A DNA stretch of 63,634 bases from Proteobacteria bacterium UBA6921. Its GTDB lineage: Bacteria > Pseudomonadota > Gammaproteobacteria > SG8-11. The stretch lies in contig DKAR01000036.1 of assembly GCA_002450895.1 (NCBI GenBank), positions 236-63,869 of the forward strand, given 5' to 3'. Position numbers and translations under genes: made by a program. Below are positions 1-9,598 of this stretch, one piece after another. The stretch's first letter is position 1, and every line of letters starts with the position of its first letter. The notes under the pieces are model-generated. The model saw only the letters and a program-made list of their open reading frames with translations. It was not told the DNA's origin and did not search any database.

Positions 1-1463
1 TGTATGAATGGCGGGTTCATATCCATGGGCATCGAAGGCGCGAGTTTGACAACGCCAACGAGCATCAGCGGGGCAACTTCGCCCGCGGCACGGGCCACGG
101 CGAGAATCAGACCGGTCATCATCGCAGGGCTGGCCATGGGAAGTACCGTGCGCCATAAGGTTTCGAGTTTGGTCGCACCCAATGCAAGGCTGCCTTCACG
201 AATGGAGCTTGGAATTCGGGCCAGTCCTTCTTCCGTCGCGACGATGACGACCGGGAGCGTAAGAATTGCGAGCGTAAGTGACGACCACAGGATTCCGCCT
301 GTACCAAATGTCGGCTGTGGCAACGCTTCCGGAAAGAACATCCGATCGATACCGCCACCGATGAAATACACGAAGAATCCGAGCCCAAAAACGCCGTAGA
401 CGATCGCCGGAACACCCGCGAGATTATTCACTGCGATCCGAATCAGGCGGGTCAGTGGGCCCTGTTTGGCATACTCGCGCAAATACACCGCAGCAACGAC
501 GCCAAACGGTGTTACCAAAATCGACATGATAAGAACCAGGATGACTGTACCGAAGATGGCTGGAAATACGCCGCCCTCGGTGTTCGCTTCACGCGGTTCA
601 TCGCTCACAAACTCCCAGATCTTTGCTAGATAATGCCCCAATTTTTCAGGCAACGACATGGAATTGGGAAAGAAAACACGCACAATTTTGGCGAGGGGAA
701 TATCGACAACCTTGCCGCTTGAAACCTCGACGTCAATTGAGTCGCGTTTCAGGTCCTTATTTAGTTCAGCCAAATTGCTCTGCAATGTTTCAAAGCTTGT
801 CTTTAATTCATTGCGCCGTTCTTCGATACGCGCGCGTTTGCCTGCGTCAGTATCGCCGGCCAGTTCCAGTCGGCGCTCGGCTAGCCGCAATCGTTCAAAT
901 TCGTAGTTGATCGCGCCGATCTTTCCTTTTTGGATTTCCTGAATTTGATGAAAAATCTGCTGCGCGCGTTCAAGTCGCGCGCGGAGTTCGGATATCGCAG
1001 TCTCTCCGCTCGCAACTGATTTTGACGATTCTTTTACTTCGCGCAGGTATCCGTAGAAATTTCCCCATTCGCGCCGCTCGATCACCATGAGATCGCGCGG
1101 TTCAATCTTGCCTTTGATGCCGTAGCCCAATACCCATCGAAAATCACTTCCGCCCAGTTCCCGGTTCCCGTTTTTGACCAGAAAGCGCTGGACGTCCTCT
1201 ATGCCGGCAGGGACTTCAACGCCGGCTTCCTGAACTCGCTTTGCCGTGACCGTTTCCTGATCGTGAAACTCACCAATTACCTTTTCAGCAATATCGCTCG
1301 CCAGCGGCTGGTATTGGAATTCGAAGACCGTATGCGGCCAAAAATAGCCCATTCCCCGATACGCGATCATGGCGAGCAGACCGAGTACCATGACCAAGCT
1401 CAGGCTGACTGCTGATGCAGTAAACCAGATCCACGGTGCTCCGCTGTTAAACCACTTGCGCAT
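1..1463 (-). CDS. pstA: Phosphate ABC transporter permease PstA (long Pseudomonas-type form); 3' end runs off the left edge of the window
   Basis: Absent from the ORF track because no stop lies in the window. A reverse-strand ATG at 1463-1461 opens an uninterrupted frame down to position 3. Hand translation gives MRKWFNSGAPWIWFTASAVSLSLVMVLG..., then ...MSLPEKLGHYLAK..., then the ABC-permease EAA-type segment ...GATKLETLWRTVLPMASPAM... It follows pstC and pstS on the same strand. Confidence 0.85.
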   Translation of the reverse strand, partial: MRKWFNSGAPWIWFTASAVSLSLVMVLGLLAMIAYRGMGYFWPHTVFEFQYQPLASDIAEKVIGEFHDQETVTAKRVQEAGVEVPAGIEDVQRFLVKNGNRELGGSDFRWVLGYGIKGKIEPRDLMVIERREWGNFYGYLREVKESSKSVASGETAISELRARLERAQQIFHQIQEIQKGKIGAINYEFERLRLAERRLELAGDTDAGKRARIEERRNELKTSFETLQSNLAELNKDLKRDSIDVEVSSGKVVDIPLAKIVRVFFPNSMSLPEKLGHYLAKIWEFVSDEPREANTEGGVFPAIFGTVILVLIMSILVTPFGVVAAVYLREYAKQGPLTRLIRIAVNNLAGVPAIVYGVFGLGFFVYFIGGGIDRMFFPEALPQPTFGTGGILWSSLTLAILTLPVVIVATEEGLARIPSSIREGSLALGATKLETLWRTVLPMASPAMMTGLILAVARAAGEVAPLMLVGVVKLAPSMPMDMNPPFI

Positions 1464-1506
1464 CTGAAATTATTCCATTTCTGCTTAGTTGAAGATTCGT
1501 ACTACG

Positions 1507-3780
1507 TTACAGCGAGCTGTATTTTCGGCGCAGCCGTTGGCGAACTATTTCAGCCGCCGTATTGAAAACAAAAGTGAACATGAACAACACCAGGGCCGCG
1601 AGAAACAGTACGCGGTAGTGCGTGCTAGCAACTTCGGACTCTGGCATTTCGACGGCAATATTCGCCGAAAGTGTACGCATTCCCTGGAACATGGAGAGGT
1701 CCATTACGGGCGTATTTCCAGTAGCCATTAGCACGATCATGGTTTCACCCACGGCGCGTCCCAAGCCGATCATGATCCCTGAAAATATACCGGGGCTTGC
1801 GGTCAATAACACAACGCGCCACAGCGTTTGCCATGGGGTCGCACCGAGCGCGAGAGATCCATTGATGAGTGTGCGAGGAACGCTAAAAATTGCATCCTCG
1901 GCGATAGTGAAGATCGTTGGGGTCACCGCGAATCCCATCGCGATTCCGACAATGATGGAGTTTCGCTGGTCGAATGGAATTCCGAGGTCGTTGGCCAGCC
2001 ATAAACGCATATCGCCGCCAAACCACGTTAACTCCATCCACGGACTGACCGACAATGCGCCCCATGTGAGTAATATGACGACCGGCATTAGCACAAGGCC
2101 GTACCAGCCTTCCGGAATACGCGACCGCACACTGAGAGGAAATTTGTTCCAGCTGTAAGCAAATGCCAAGACACCGATTGGAAGAATTAGGAGCGTTGTA
2201 AATACGCCCGGAAGATATTCTTCAACAAACGGTGCCAACCATAATCCAGCGAGAAAGCCCAATACCACCGTCGGGACGGCACCCATGACCTCAACGGTGG
2301 GTTTAACCAATCCACGCATATAGGGCGACATAAAATGTGCTGTATAAATCGCGCCTAACAAAGACAGTGGCACCGCAAACAGCATTGCGTAAAACGCGGC
2401 TTTCAGTGTTCCGAAAGCCAACGGCATTAAACTGAATTTGGGTTCAAACGTATTGGTCGAAGCGGACGATTGCCACAGCCACTTGGGTTCATCGTAACTC
2501 TCATACCAGACGCGGCCCCATAAAGAAGACCAAGACACTTCAGGATGCTCATTGTTGATGCGCCAAAACGCCAGTTGGCCGTTCGCGTCTTCGGAAAGAA
2601 GGGCGTTAGCACGCGGTGCGATCGCGATTCGTTTCAACTCGCTGCTCGTGGCGGGTGTCACGAGCAGCGTGCGTTCCGCCGTCGTGTGATACAACCCGAG
2701 ATATCCGCTAGCGTCCGCGGCAACGAAACCCTTACGCGCATACTCCGGTGCAATCGAAGTGATTTTTGCGTTCCGTTCATTAAAAGAACGAATCCTTTTT
2801 AGAGATGAATTTCCGCTCGCATCCCGAACCGGAAACCACTGGGCGATCGTTCCATTATTCATTCCAACAAGTAAAGAAATCCCGCCACTCAGAAATTCCA
2901 GTGCAGTAACTTGCGTGCCAGGGTCGGCGACATTGAGTCGCTCTTCAACCGTCGGTTTCTGTTTGTTCTTGATATTGATGCGCGACAAGAATCCCGACTC
3001 TTCGACGACGTATAAGAACTTTTGGTCCGGATCGAGCAACAGCTGTTCCACTGCCTCAGCAGGTGCGGGCAACTCATTCGTCACCGCGATAAGCTTTCCT
3101 TCCTCTCCGAGCAGAGCCTCTTCGCGCTCAAAGGTCGTCAGCAGCAGGCGGCGATCTTCGGTCGCCGCGACCAACGTGATATTCGATCCGTCTGACTGAA
3201 TAGCCAGTTTCGAAAGCGCGCGCCCCTTCTTGTCCATTGAAATGGGCTCATTACCCAGAGGCAATTCGGTTTTCGGCACGATTGTTCGCACACCTTCCGA
3301 AAACTTGGCTTCAAAGCCAGCCCGCGCAGCGACGACCTGCCCATTTGAAAGTCCAAATGCGACAACTCGAGAGGCGGGCGCCGCCGCGGCAAAACTCGCG
3401 ATCTTGGCTTTTGGGGGGAAGGGAATCGGTTGATCCAACAAGATATTGCCGTTGGCGGTACTGAAGAAAACAGCACGGGCGTCCTCGGTATAACGGACGC
3501 CGATTTCTGCCTGCTCATCGATGGCCAGGTGCAGCGTAGCCCCGGTGCCCGGGACAGAAAACCGCTGCACGACGTGCATATCGGCGCCCCGGAAGAGGGG
3601 AATAACGACCCAGACCAGGTAGAAAAATATCAATAAAATCGCGATGATAACGCCGACACCGCCGACGCCGACCAAATGTTTTGCCGCCGCGTCTTTGAAC
3701 ATTCGCCAGCGCCGCAAGCGAGAGGTAGGTTCGTATCGAAGGACGGGTGTACCAGAGGCCGAGTGCGCGGAACTTTCCAT
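1507..3780 (-). CDS. pstC: Phosphate ABC transporter permease PstC (long form with a large periplasmic insert)
   Basis: 757-aa ORF with an N-terminal TM segment and a long soluble insert. The C-terminal polytopic permease core carries ...SLALGATPWQTLWRVVLLTASPGIFSGIMIGLGRAVGETM... It lies between pstS and pstA. Confidence 0.85.
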   Translation of the reverse strand: MESSAHSASGTPVLRYEPTSRLRRWRMFKDAAAKHLVGVGGVGVIIAILLIFFYLVWVVIPLFRGADMHVVQRFSVPGTGATLHLAIDEQAEIGVRYTEDARAVFFSTANGNILLDQPIPFPPKAKIASFAAAAPASRVVAFGLSNGQVVAARAGFEAKFSEGVRTIVPKTELPLGNEPISMDKKGRALSKLAIQSDGSNITLVAATEDRRLLLTTFEREEALLGEEGKLIAVTNELPAPAEAVEQLLLDPDQKFLYVVEESGFLSRINIKNKQKPTVEERLNVADPGTQVTALEFLSGGISLLVGMNNGTIAQWFPVRDASGNSSLKRIRSFNERNAKITSIAPEYARKGFVAADASGYLGLYHTTAERTLLVTPATSSELKRIAIAPRANALLSEDANGQLAFWRINNEHPEVSWSSLWGRVWYESYDEPKWLWQSSASTNTFEPKFSLMPLAFGTLKAAFYAMLFAVPLSLLGAIYTAHFMSPYMRGLVKPTVEVMGAVPTVVLGFLAGLWLAPFVEEYLPGVFTTLLILPIGVLAFAYSWNKFPLSVRSRIPEGWYGLVLMPVVILLTWGALSVSPWMELTWFGGDMRLWLANDLGIPFDQRNSIIVGIAMGFAVTPTIFTIAEDAIFSVPRTLINGSLALGATPWQTLWRVVLLTASPGIFSGIMIGLGRAVGETMIVLMATGNTPVMDLSMFQGMRTLSANIAVEMPESEVASTHYRVLFLAALVLFMFTFVFNTAAEIVRQRLRRKYSSL

Positions 3781-3887
3781 GCGCGCATCGTATGGATGAA
3801 ATATGACAGAAATGTTACAGAGCGCTCAGCGGTGGTATCGCTGAGCGCCCTGAAGACTTCGAACCTTAGAACAGGGTAGTGCTTAAA

Positions 3888-4871
3888 TTACTTCAACTTT
3901 TCCAATTCTTTGTCTGCAATGCTCTTGGGCAATGCAACAAAGCCGTCCTTCACAACGACTTCCTGGCCAACCTTGGCGAGAACCATTTTCAGGAATTCCT
4001 GTTCCAACGGCGGCAACGGCTTGTTGGGAGCCTTGTTGACATAGACGAAGAGGAAGCGTGACAGGGGATAAACACCCTTCAGCGCGTTATCTTCTGTTGC
4101 TTCTTCAAACGCAGCGCCGTCGGCCTTCGCAATCGGAACCGCACGGACCGTTGCGGTCTTGTAGCCGATGCCCGAGTAGCCCACCGCGTTCAGCGAGGCC
4201 GATACGGACTGCACAACGGAAGCGGAGCCAGGCTGTTCATTCACGTTGTTCTTGTAGTCGCCTTTGCAAAGCGCGTGCTCTTTGAAATAACCGTAGGTTC
4301 CAGAAACGGAGTTACGACCATAGAGCTGAATGTCGCGCGTCGCCCAGGCGCCGGTCAGGCCGAGTTGGCCCCAGCGGGTGATGTCTTCCGCCGCGCCGCA
4401 TTTGCGGGTTGACGAAAAGATTGCGTCCACTTGCGGCATCGTCAATCCCTTGATCGGATTGTCCTTGTGGACAAACACGGCCAATGCGTCGATCGCAACG
4501 CGAATCGGGGTCGGTTTATAGCCGAACTTCTTTTCGAAAGCCTCAATTTCCTTGTCCTTCATCTCGCGGCTCATAGGGCCGAGGTTTGAAGTGCCTTCGG
4601 TTAGGGCCGGCGGAGCGGTAGACGAGCCCGCCGCTTGAATCTGAATGTTGACGTTCGGATAAAGGCGCTTGTATTCCTCAGCCCAGAGGGTCATGAGATT
4701 CGCCAACGTGTCCGAGCCGACGCTGGAGAGGTTGCCGGAAACGCCGCTGACTTTTTGATAATCTGGCAATTTCGAGTCAACACCCGCGTGGGTTTGCGCG
4801 GACAGCGCCAGAGCACCGGTGATCATTCCGGCGATAGCGGCGCTTTTGACGATCATCTTGGAAACAGACAT
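3888..4871 (-). CDS. pstS: Periplasmic phosphate-binding protein PstS
   Basis: 327 aa with a signal peptide (...[11 protein letters not shown]). PstS/PBP-like-2 motifs are present: [27 protein letters not shown] and [10 protein letters not shown]. Tandem Pho boxes lie upstream. Confidence 0.9.
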   Translation of the reverse strand: MSVSKMIVKSAAIAGMITGALALSAQTHAGVDSKLPDYQKVSGVSGNLSSVGSDTLANLMTLWAEEYKRLYPNVNIQIQAAGSSTAPPALTEGTSNLGPMSREMKDKEIEAFEKKFGYKPTPIRVAIDALAVFVHKDNPIKGLTMPQVDAIFSSTRKCGAAEDITRWGQLGLTGAWATRDIQLYGRNSVSGTYGYFKEHALCKGDYKNNVNEQPGSASVVQSVSASLNAVGYSGIGYKTATVRAVPIAKADGAAFEEATEDNALKGVYPLSRFLFVYVNKAPNKPLPPLEQEFLKMVLAKVGQEVVVKDGFVALPKSIADKELEKLK

Positions 4872-4908
4872 TCGAAAACTCCTATCGGTTGTGATTGCGC
4901 GATAGTCT

Positions 4909-4937
4909 GTGAACTTATTGTTACATTTTCATGACAA
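4909..4937 (-). promoter_or_regulatory. Tandem Pho boxes of the pstS promoter
   Basis: The minus strand reads TTGTCAT-GAAA-ATGTAAC-AATA-AGTTCAC, three heptamers at exact 11-bp spacing. The array ends 38 nt upstream of the pstS ATG (4871). It overlaps the last codons and the stop codon (4929-4931) of phoR. Confidence 0.8.
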
Positions 4938-6254
4938 GGTAGAGGCCTGGTCGTTGGCGCGCGGAGGTGCGATTACGCCCGAAACCGGGAATTCACAGCT
5001 GAATTCACTCCCCTCGCCCAAGACGCTATCGATTTTCAATATCCCTTCATGGCGTTGTACGACGTGTTTGACAATGGCGAGACCGAGCCCCGTTCCGCCG
5101 GCTTCACGAGATCGGCCCACATCCACTCGATAGAAGCGTTCTGTTAATCGCGGGATGTGATTTTCAGAAATTCCGATTCCTGTGTCTTTAACTGCAAAGC
5201 GAACCCCGCCGTCCGAAGACTTCCATGTGACGTGGATTTTCCCGTGTGGCGGCGTGTAGCGAATTGCATTGAACACCAAGTTCGAAAACGCACTTCTCAG
5301 TTCTTCGTGATTGCCAAGAAGCCATAGGCTATCGTCTGAGTCGAGAGAAATATCATGTTCTCTCTCTCCGCTGAGCGCGCGGGCCTCGCTGCAGATTGCC
5401 TTCAACATCTCGGGAATGTCCACCGGATTTTTCCGCGGCGGTCCGACATCCGTTTCGAGGCGAGCAAGCAGCAAAAGTTGCTGCACGATCAGTTGCATCC
5501 GGCTGGCTTGCGCTTGCATCAGATCAATTTGATGTGACCAGTCGGAGATCTTTTCGTCCTTGTTATCAGACATGCTTTCAAGAAATCCGGTCAGCACCGT
5601 CAACGGTGTGCGCAACTCGTGCGACACGTTTGCAACGAAATCACGCCGCATTTGCTCGAGTCGCTGCATGCGAGAGACATCGCGTGCAATTAGCAGGCGC
5701 TGATTATCTCCATAGGGCACGACGTGGATTTGCAACGACAGCTGGCTGTCATTGGGTGACTGCACTAGCAAGGGCTGTACGTAGTTGCCTTGCGAGAGAT
5801 ATTTCAAAAAACTGGGATGTCGAAACAGATTGTCGAGTCGCTTTCCGACATCTTGCGCGCGGAGATTGAAGTACCGTGACGCGGCATGATTGAACCATTC
5901 TATTTCGTTGCTCGATTGCAATACGACGGTTGCGTCCGGCATCGCTGCCGTCCCTTTTCGAAACCGACTCAGCAGATCTGTAAGGCGCCGTCGTTGCGCG
6001 CGTCCGCGACGGTAAAACTGATAGACCGAATGATAGAGCTCCTCGTACACCCCGCCGATTTCGGGAAGTTCAGAAATTTTTCGCTGTCGCAGCCATTGAT
6101 CGAGTTGATAGACGTTGTACAGGTGATACGCGAGATAGGGGACGATGCAAATCAATATTCCAAGCGAATAGTATCCAGTGATGGCGCCGATGATGACGCC
6201 AACGACGACCAGTGCGACCAGTCGCCACGCCTCGGAAAGCCAGTGATCGAGCAA
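4929..6254 (-). CDS. phoR: Phosphate regulon sensor histidine kinase PhoR
   Basis: H-box SHELRTPLTVLTGF, G-boxes KDTGIGI and GGTGLGLAIVKH, and two N-terminal TM segments. The track ORF (to 6398) overlaps phoB. I place the start at TTG 6254-6252, 2 nt after the phoB stop; this start is uncertain. Confidence 0.85.
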   Translation of the reverse strand: MLDHWLSEAWRLVALVVVGVIIGAITGYYSLGILICIVPYLAYHLYNVYQLDQWLRQRKISELPEIGGVYEELYHSVYQFYRRGRAQRRRLTDLLSRFRKGTAAMPDATVVLQSSNEIEWFNHAASRYFNLRAQDVGKRLDNLFRHPSFLKYLSQGNYVQPLLVQSPNDSQLSLQIHVVPYGDNQRLLIARDVSRMQRLEQMRRDFVANVSHELRTPLTVLTGFLESMSDNKDEKISDWSHQIDLMQAQASRMQLIVQQLLLLARLETDVGPPRKNPVDIPEMLKAICSEARALSGEREHDISLDSDDSLWLLGNHEELRSAFSNLVFNAIRYTPPHGKIHVTWKSSDGGVRFAVKDTGIGISENHIPRLTERFYRVDVGRSREAGGTGLGLAIVKHVVQRHEGILKIDSVLGEGSEFSCEFPVSGVIAPPRANDQASTLS

Positions 6255-6256
6255 AC

Positions 6257-6946
6257 CTACCCCTTGGACGAGAAGCGGTAACCTGAACCGCGAACCGTTT
6301 GAATATAGCGGTCGTGGCCGTGTACGTCCAAGGCTTTGCGGAGACGGCGGATATGGACGTCGACAGTACGTTCGTCGACGTAAACGTTTTGGCCCCAAAC
6401 CTGATCGAGGAGCTGATCGCGGCTATATACGCGGTCCGGGTGCGTCATGAAGAAATGCAGGAGGCGAAACTCCGTCGGGCCCATATCCAGCACAGCGTCT
6501 TTGGCTGTGACGCGGTGGTTCACCGGATCGAGCGAAAGATCGTCACAGACGACAGCGGCGTCGTCGTCGTGCGGGCGGTAGCGTCGCAATACGGCTTTGA
6601 TTCGGGCAATCAGTTCGCGCGGCGAAAACGGTTTGGTGATGTAGTCGTCGGCACCCGACTCAAGTCCGCGCACGCGATCGTCTTCTTCGCCACGCGCCGT
6701 GAGCATGATCACCGGCAGGCTTCGCGTGGAGTCATTATTTTTCAACCGGCGCGCCAGTTCAACACCACTCATTGACGGCAACATCCAGTCCACTAGAACC
6801 AGATCAGGACGGCGATCGGCGACTTCGACCAGTGCCCGTTCTGCATCGCCTGTTTCAGCGACCGCAAATCCAGCCCTTTCTGCAGCGAAGCGCACCATTT
6901 CGCGAATGGGCGCTTCATCCTCAACTACCAAGATAAGTGAACGCAC
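6257..6946 (-). CDS. phoB: Phosphate regulon response regulator PhoB
   Basis: Receiver domain ([24 protein letters not shown]) and OmpR-type winged helix ([14 protein letters not shown]...[11 protein letters not shown]). The track ORF is N-terminally over-extended. GTG at 6946 gives the canonical 229 aa. Confidence 0.9.
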   Translation of the reverse strand: MRSLILVVEDEAPIREMVRFAAERAGFAVAETGDAERALVEVADRRPDLVLVDWMLPSMSGVELARRLKNNDSTRSLPVIMLTARGEEDDRVRGLESGADDYITKPFSPRELIARIKAVLRRYRPHDDDAAVVCDDLSLDPVNHRVTAKDAVLDMGPTEFRLLHFFMTHPDRVYSRDQLLDQVWGQNVYVDERTVDVHIRRLRKALDVHGHDRYIQTVRGSGYRFSSKG

Positions 6947-6998
6947 TAAACAAACACTCCCGGCCAAGTACAACGCGGCCGTATCGTAGAGTTGCAAT

Positions 6999-7016
6999 GT
7001 TACATTTCCGTTACAG
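6999..7016 (-). promoter_or_regulatory. Pho box of the phoB promoter (autoregulation)
   Basis: The minus strand reads CTGTAAC-GGAA-ATGTAAC, followed after about 10 nt by TACGAT. It lies 53 nt upstream of the proposed phoB GTG. Confidence 0.7.
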
Positions 7017-7123
7017 CGGGCCCAAGAATTAAGCCGACGGACTCCCGCATTCTTCCTAACACGCGTTTCGCTACCCGAGCGTGCAGTCACATTGTAGTGC
7101 GCTTGCCCGCAATCGTCGTTGCA

Positions 7124-7141
7124 CTGTCACTGAATCTTCAC
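7124..7141 (+). promoter_or_regulatory. Candidate Pho box facing the beta-propeller/tpsB transcription unit
   Basis: The plus strand reads CTGTCAC-TGAA-TCTTCAC, about 90 nt upstream of 7231. It is divergent from the phoB box. Confidence 0.45.
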
Positions 7142-7230
7142 GAACAGTTTCTAGACTTCGCCTGCCTCCAAACGCCGACCACCGTCGTCGGAAACTGAAT
7201 AACTGAAGTATTCCGCAAGGAGCCCGTTCC

Positions 7231-9558
7231 GTGATCCATTTTCATGCCACAAGGATGTCCTGCGCACAGCGAGAAAATCACTCAAAGTCTTTGGTTATTA
7301 TGGTCTTATTGTTCTTTTTGGGGGTTCGCCCGGCGCTGGCGCAATCCCTCATATATATAGGTGTAACGCCGGTCACGGATCCGACGGGCATTTTGGTTAG
7401 CGAAAATCGTGCATCCGTCTACGTTTTGCGGGCTGGGGCGGATGCCATCGATACGTTGCCACGCGATTCGGTCACAGGGGTCTGGGGCGCGCCTCGAACA
7501 ATTGATCGCGAGTCGTCCGGAATCAGCAATCTGCGCAGTCCGTGGAAAATGGCCCTCAGTCCGGACCAGTCGAAACTATATGTCGTCTGTCGTGGCAGTC
7601 TTACCGATGCGACGAATCCGGATGCTTTATTGGTATTCGATCGTGATATTTCCAGCGGTGCGCTTGTGTATCGCGAATCGCACATCAACGGAGTGGCAGG
7701 TGTGTCCGGCATCGGCTTGCCGTCGTCAGTGACAGTAAGTCCCGACGGCACCCATGTTTACGTGACGAGTCAATCTGAGAATGCTGTCGCCCTGTTTGTG
7801 CAGAGTAACAATGGCGGTTTGCAATTTGTTGAGAGCTACAAACAAGGATCCGCGGGAATCAACGCACTGGATCAGCCGTTGAGTGCCCAGGTCAGCCCTG
7901 ACGGAAAACATCTTTACGTCGGCGCGCAGAACTCGAAATCGATTGCAAGATTTTCCCGCGATTCAATATCAGGCAAGCTGACATGGCTTGGTGCCCTCGT
8001 CGACAACAGTAGCGCGAGTTTCGCACTGGCGAAGCCGTTGGCAATTTCGGAAAGCCAGGACGGTCGATTTGTTTATGTCGCCAGTGAATCGGACGGTGCG
8101 GTTTCCGTTTTCGTCAGAGACACAATGACGGGAGATTTGACGCCACGCCAACGGATAAAGCAGGGCGACACCGGTGTCGATCACCTCGACCACGTTACAT
8201 CGATTGTATTGAGCGCCGACGAAACCCGACTTTTTGCAGTAAGCCCGACCGCGAACACATTGAGCGTGTTCACGCGGAATCCGACAACCGGGGAGCTCAT
8301 TCCTCTTGAGGCTCTGGTCGACGCAGGAAACGGCGGGGATTCTCTCGGAGGCGCCGTTGCCGTGACGCGTTCAGCCGATGGGCGATGGGTGGATGTCGCG
8401 GCAACATCGGACGACGCCATCAGCTCGTTCTCTGTGGGAGCCACGAATCTCCATCTTGCAGTCGATTCGCCGGCGGGAGCGCGGCTGGCCAACAAAACGC
8501 TGACGTTGTCGCTCACCGTCCAGAATGCGGCATCAAGCGGCACGGCGACGGGCGTGCGGTTGTTTGCGAATGTGCCGGACGAACTGAATGTCACGGACGT
8601 GCAGCCTGAGAGCGGAAGTTGCTCAAAACGTCCCGCGATGATTGATTGCATGCTGAATACACTTGGCAGCGGTACGTCAACAACCGTGACGATCATCGCT
8701 CTGCCCACACAGAGTCTCGCGAGCGTGCTGCGCTTTTCAGTGGTCGCTGATCAGCACGACGAAATGATCAGCGATAACAATGTTGAGATGATCCTGGAAA
8801 TCGTCGATACCAACCACACACCGCAAGCAGTCGATGACAGCGTCGTCACAACAGTCAATCAGTCATTGGAGATTGATGTATTGGCCAATGATTCCGATCC
8901 CGATCCGAATGACGCATTGACGATCAAGAGTTTCAATTCAACCAGCGTCCAGGGGGGCTCTGTCGTTCGAAATGCAGCGGGCACGCTCACCTACACGCCG
9001 CCGTCGGGGTTCAAGGGTCCGGATTCCTTCAACTACACGGTGAATGACGTCGAGGGGGCGACCGCATCGGCGCAAGTCAACATCTTCGTGAACTCCCCCC
9101 CGATCGCTGTCGACGACGTGTTTACTGTCTTGCCGGGTGCGCCGGCAACGTTGTTGGTGTTGTTGAATGACCACGATCCGGACATCAACGACCCGGTCTG
9201 GGTGGCCGATGTGGACGTTGTTTCAAGTGGCGGGAATTCCGTCACAGTCAGCCCGAATGGCGACGCGGTGAAATATTTCGCCGCGCGTGATTTTCTGGGT
9301 ACTGACGACTTTACCTATACGCTGACTGATTCTCACGGTGCGCTGGTGACGGCCCATGTCACGGTAAAGGTGGTTGCAAGCCTTGCCGCCGCGCAGGATG
9401 ACGGCACACAGGCGACAGCGACGAAAAAGAAGAAACACAGTGGTGCGTTCGATCCTTTGTGGTTGATCGCATTGATGGCTTTGACGTGGAAGCGACGACG
9501 CTGTTTCGCATCACGTCAGGGCGGGCGCCGACATCTCGCTGTAATACTTCCATCATAA
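7231..9558 (+). CDS. Large secreted/surface protein: lactonase-type 7-bladed beta-propeller repeats, a DUF11-like domain, two cadherin/Ig-like domains and a C-terminal TM-plus-basic tail
   Basis: Repeated blades: LYVVCRGS, HVYVTSQSENAVALF, HLYVGAQNSKSIARF, FVYVASESDGAVSVF and LFAVSPTANTLSVF. A DUF11-like segment reads LTLSLTVQNAASSGTATGVRLFANVP. Two units match the pattern AVDD...VLANDSDPD / LLNDHDPD...TYT. The tail is SGAFDPLWLIALMALTWKRRR. The true start may be the internal ATG (MSCAQ...). Confidence 0.6.
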   Translation: MIHFHATRMSCAQRENHSKSLVIMVLLFFLGVRPALAQSLIYIGVTPVTDPTGILVSENRASVYVLRAGADAIDTLPRDSVTGVWGAPRTIDRESSGISNLRSPWKMALSPDQSKLYVVCRGSLTDATNPDALLVFDRDISSGALVYRESHINGVAGVSGIGLPSSVTVSPDGTHVYVTSQSENAVALFVQSNNGGLQFVESYKQGSAGINALDQPLSAQVSPDGKHLYVGAQNSKSIARFSRDSISGKLTWLGALVDNSSASFALAKPLAISESQDGRFVYVASESDGAVSVFVRDTMTGDLTPRQRIKQGDTGVDHLDHVTSIVLSADETRLFAVSPTANTLSVFTRNPTTGELIPLEALVDAGNGGDSLGGAVAVTRSADGRWVDVAATSDDAISSFSVGATNLHLAVDSPAGARLANKTLTLSLTVQNAASSGTATGVRLFANVPDELNVTDVQPESGSCSKRPAMIDCMLNTLGSGTSTTVTIIALPTQSLASVLRFSVVADQHDEMISDNNVEMILEIVDTNHTPQAVDDSVVTTVNQSLEIDVLANDSDPDPNDALTIKSFNSTSVQGGSVVRNAAGTLTYTPPSGFKGPDSFNYTVNDVEGATASAQVNIFVNSPPIAVDDVFTVLPGAPATLLVLLNDHDPDINDPVWVADVDVVSSGGNSVTVSPNGDAVKYFAARDFLGTDDFTYTLTDSHGALVTAHVTVKVVASLAAAQDDGTQATATKKKKHSGAFDPLWLIALMALTWKRRRCFASRQGGRRHLAVILPS

Positions 9559-9598
9559 GGTTCGGCATTTTGCGGCGGGACAGCTCCCGCAGACAGGA

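Noticed and set aside
6257-7090. The 277-aa phoB and 489-aa phoR (4929-6398) ORFs as listed in the track. The same issue affects the upstream-extended starts at 12687, 15152, 29103, 30224, 34905, 35946, 39262, 43083, 47281 and 61280.
   Set aside because: The extensions overlap the upstream genes or add Arg-rich, non-homologous N-termini. Internal starts give canonical lengths, signal peptides and, in several cases, visible Shine-Dalgarno sequences or ATGA coupling.
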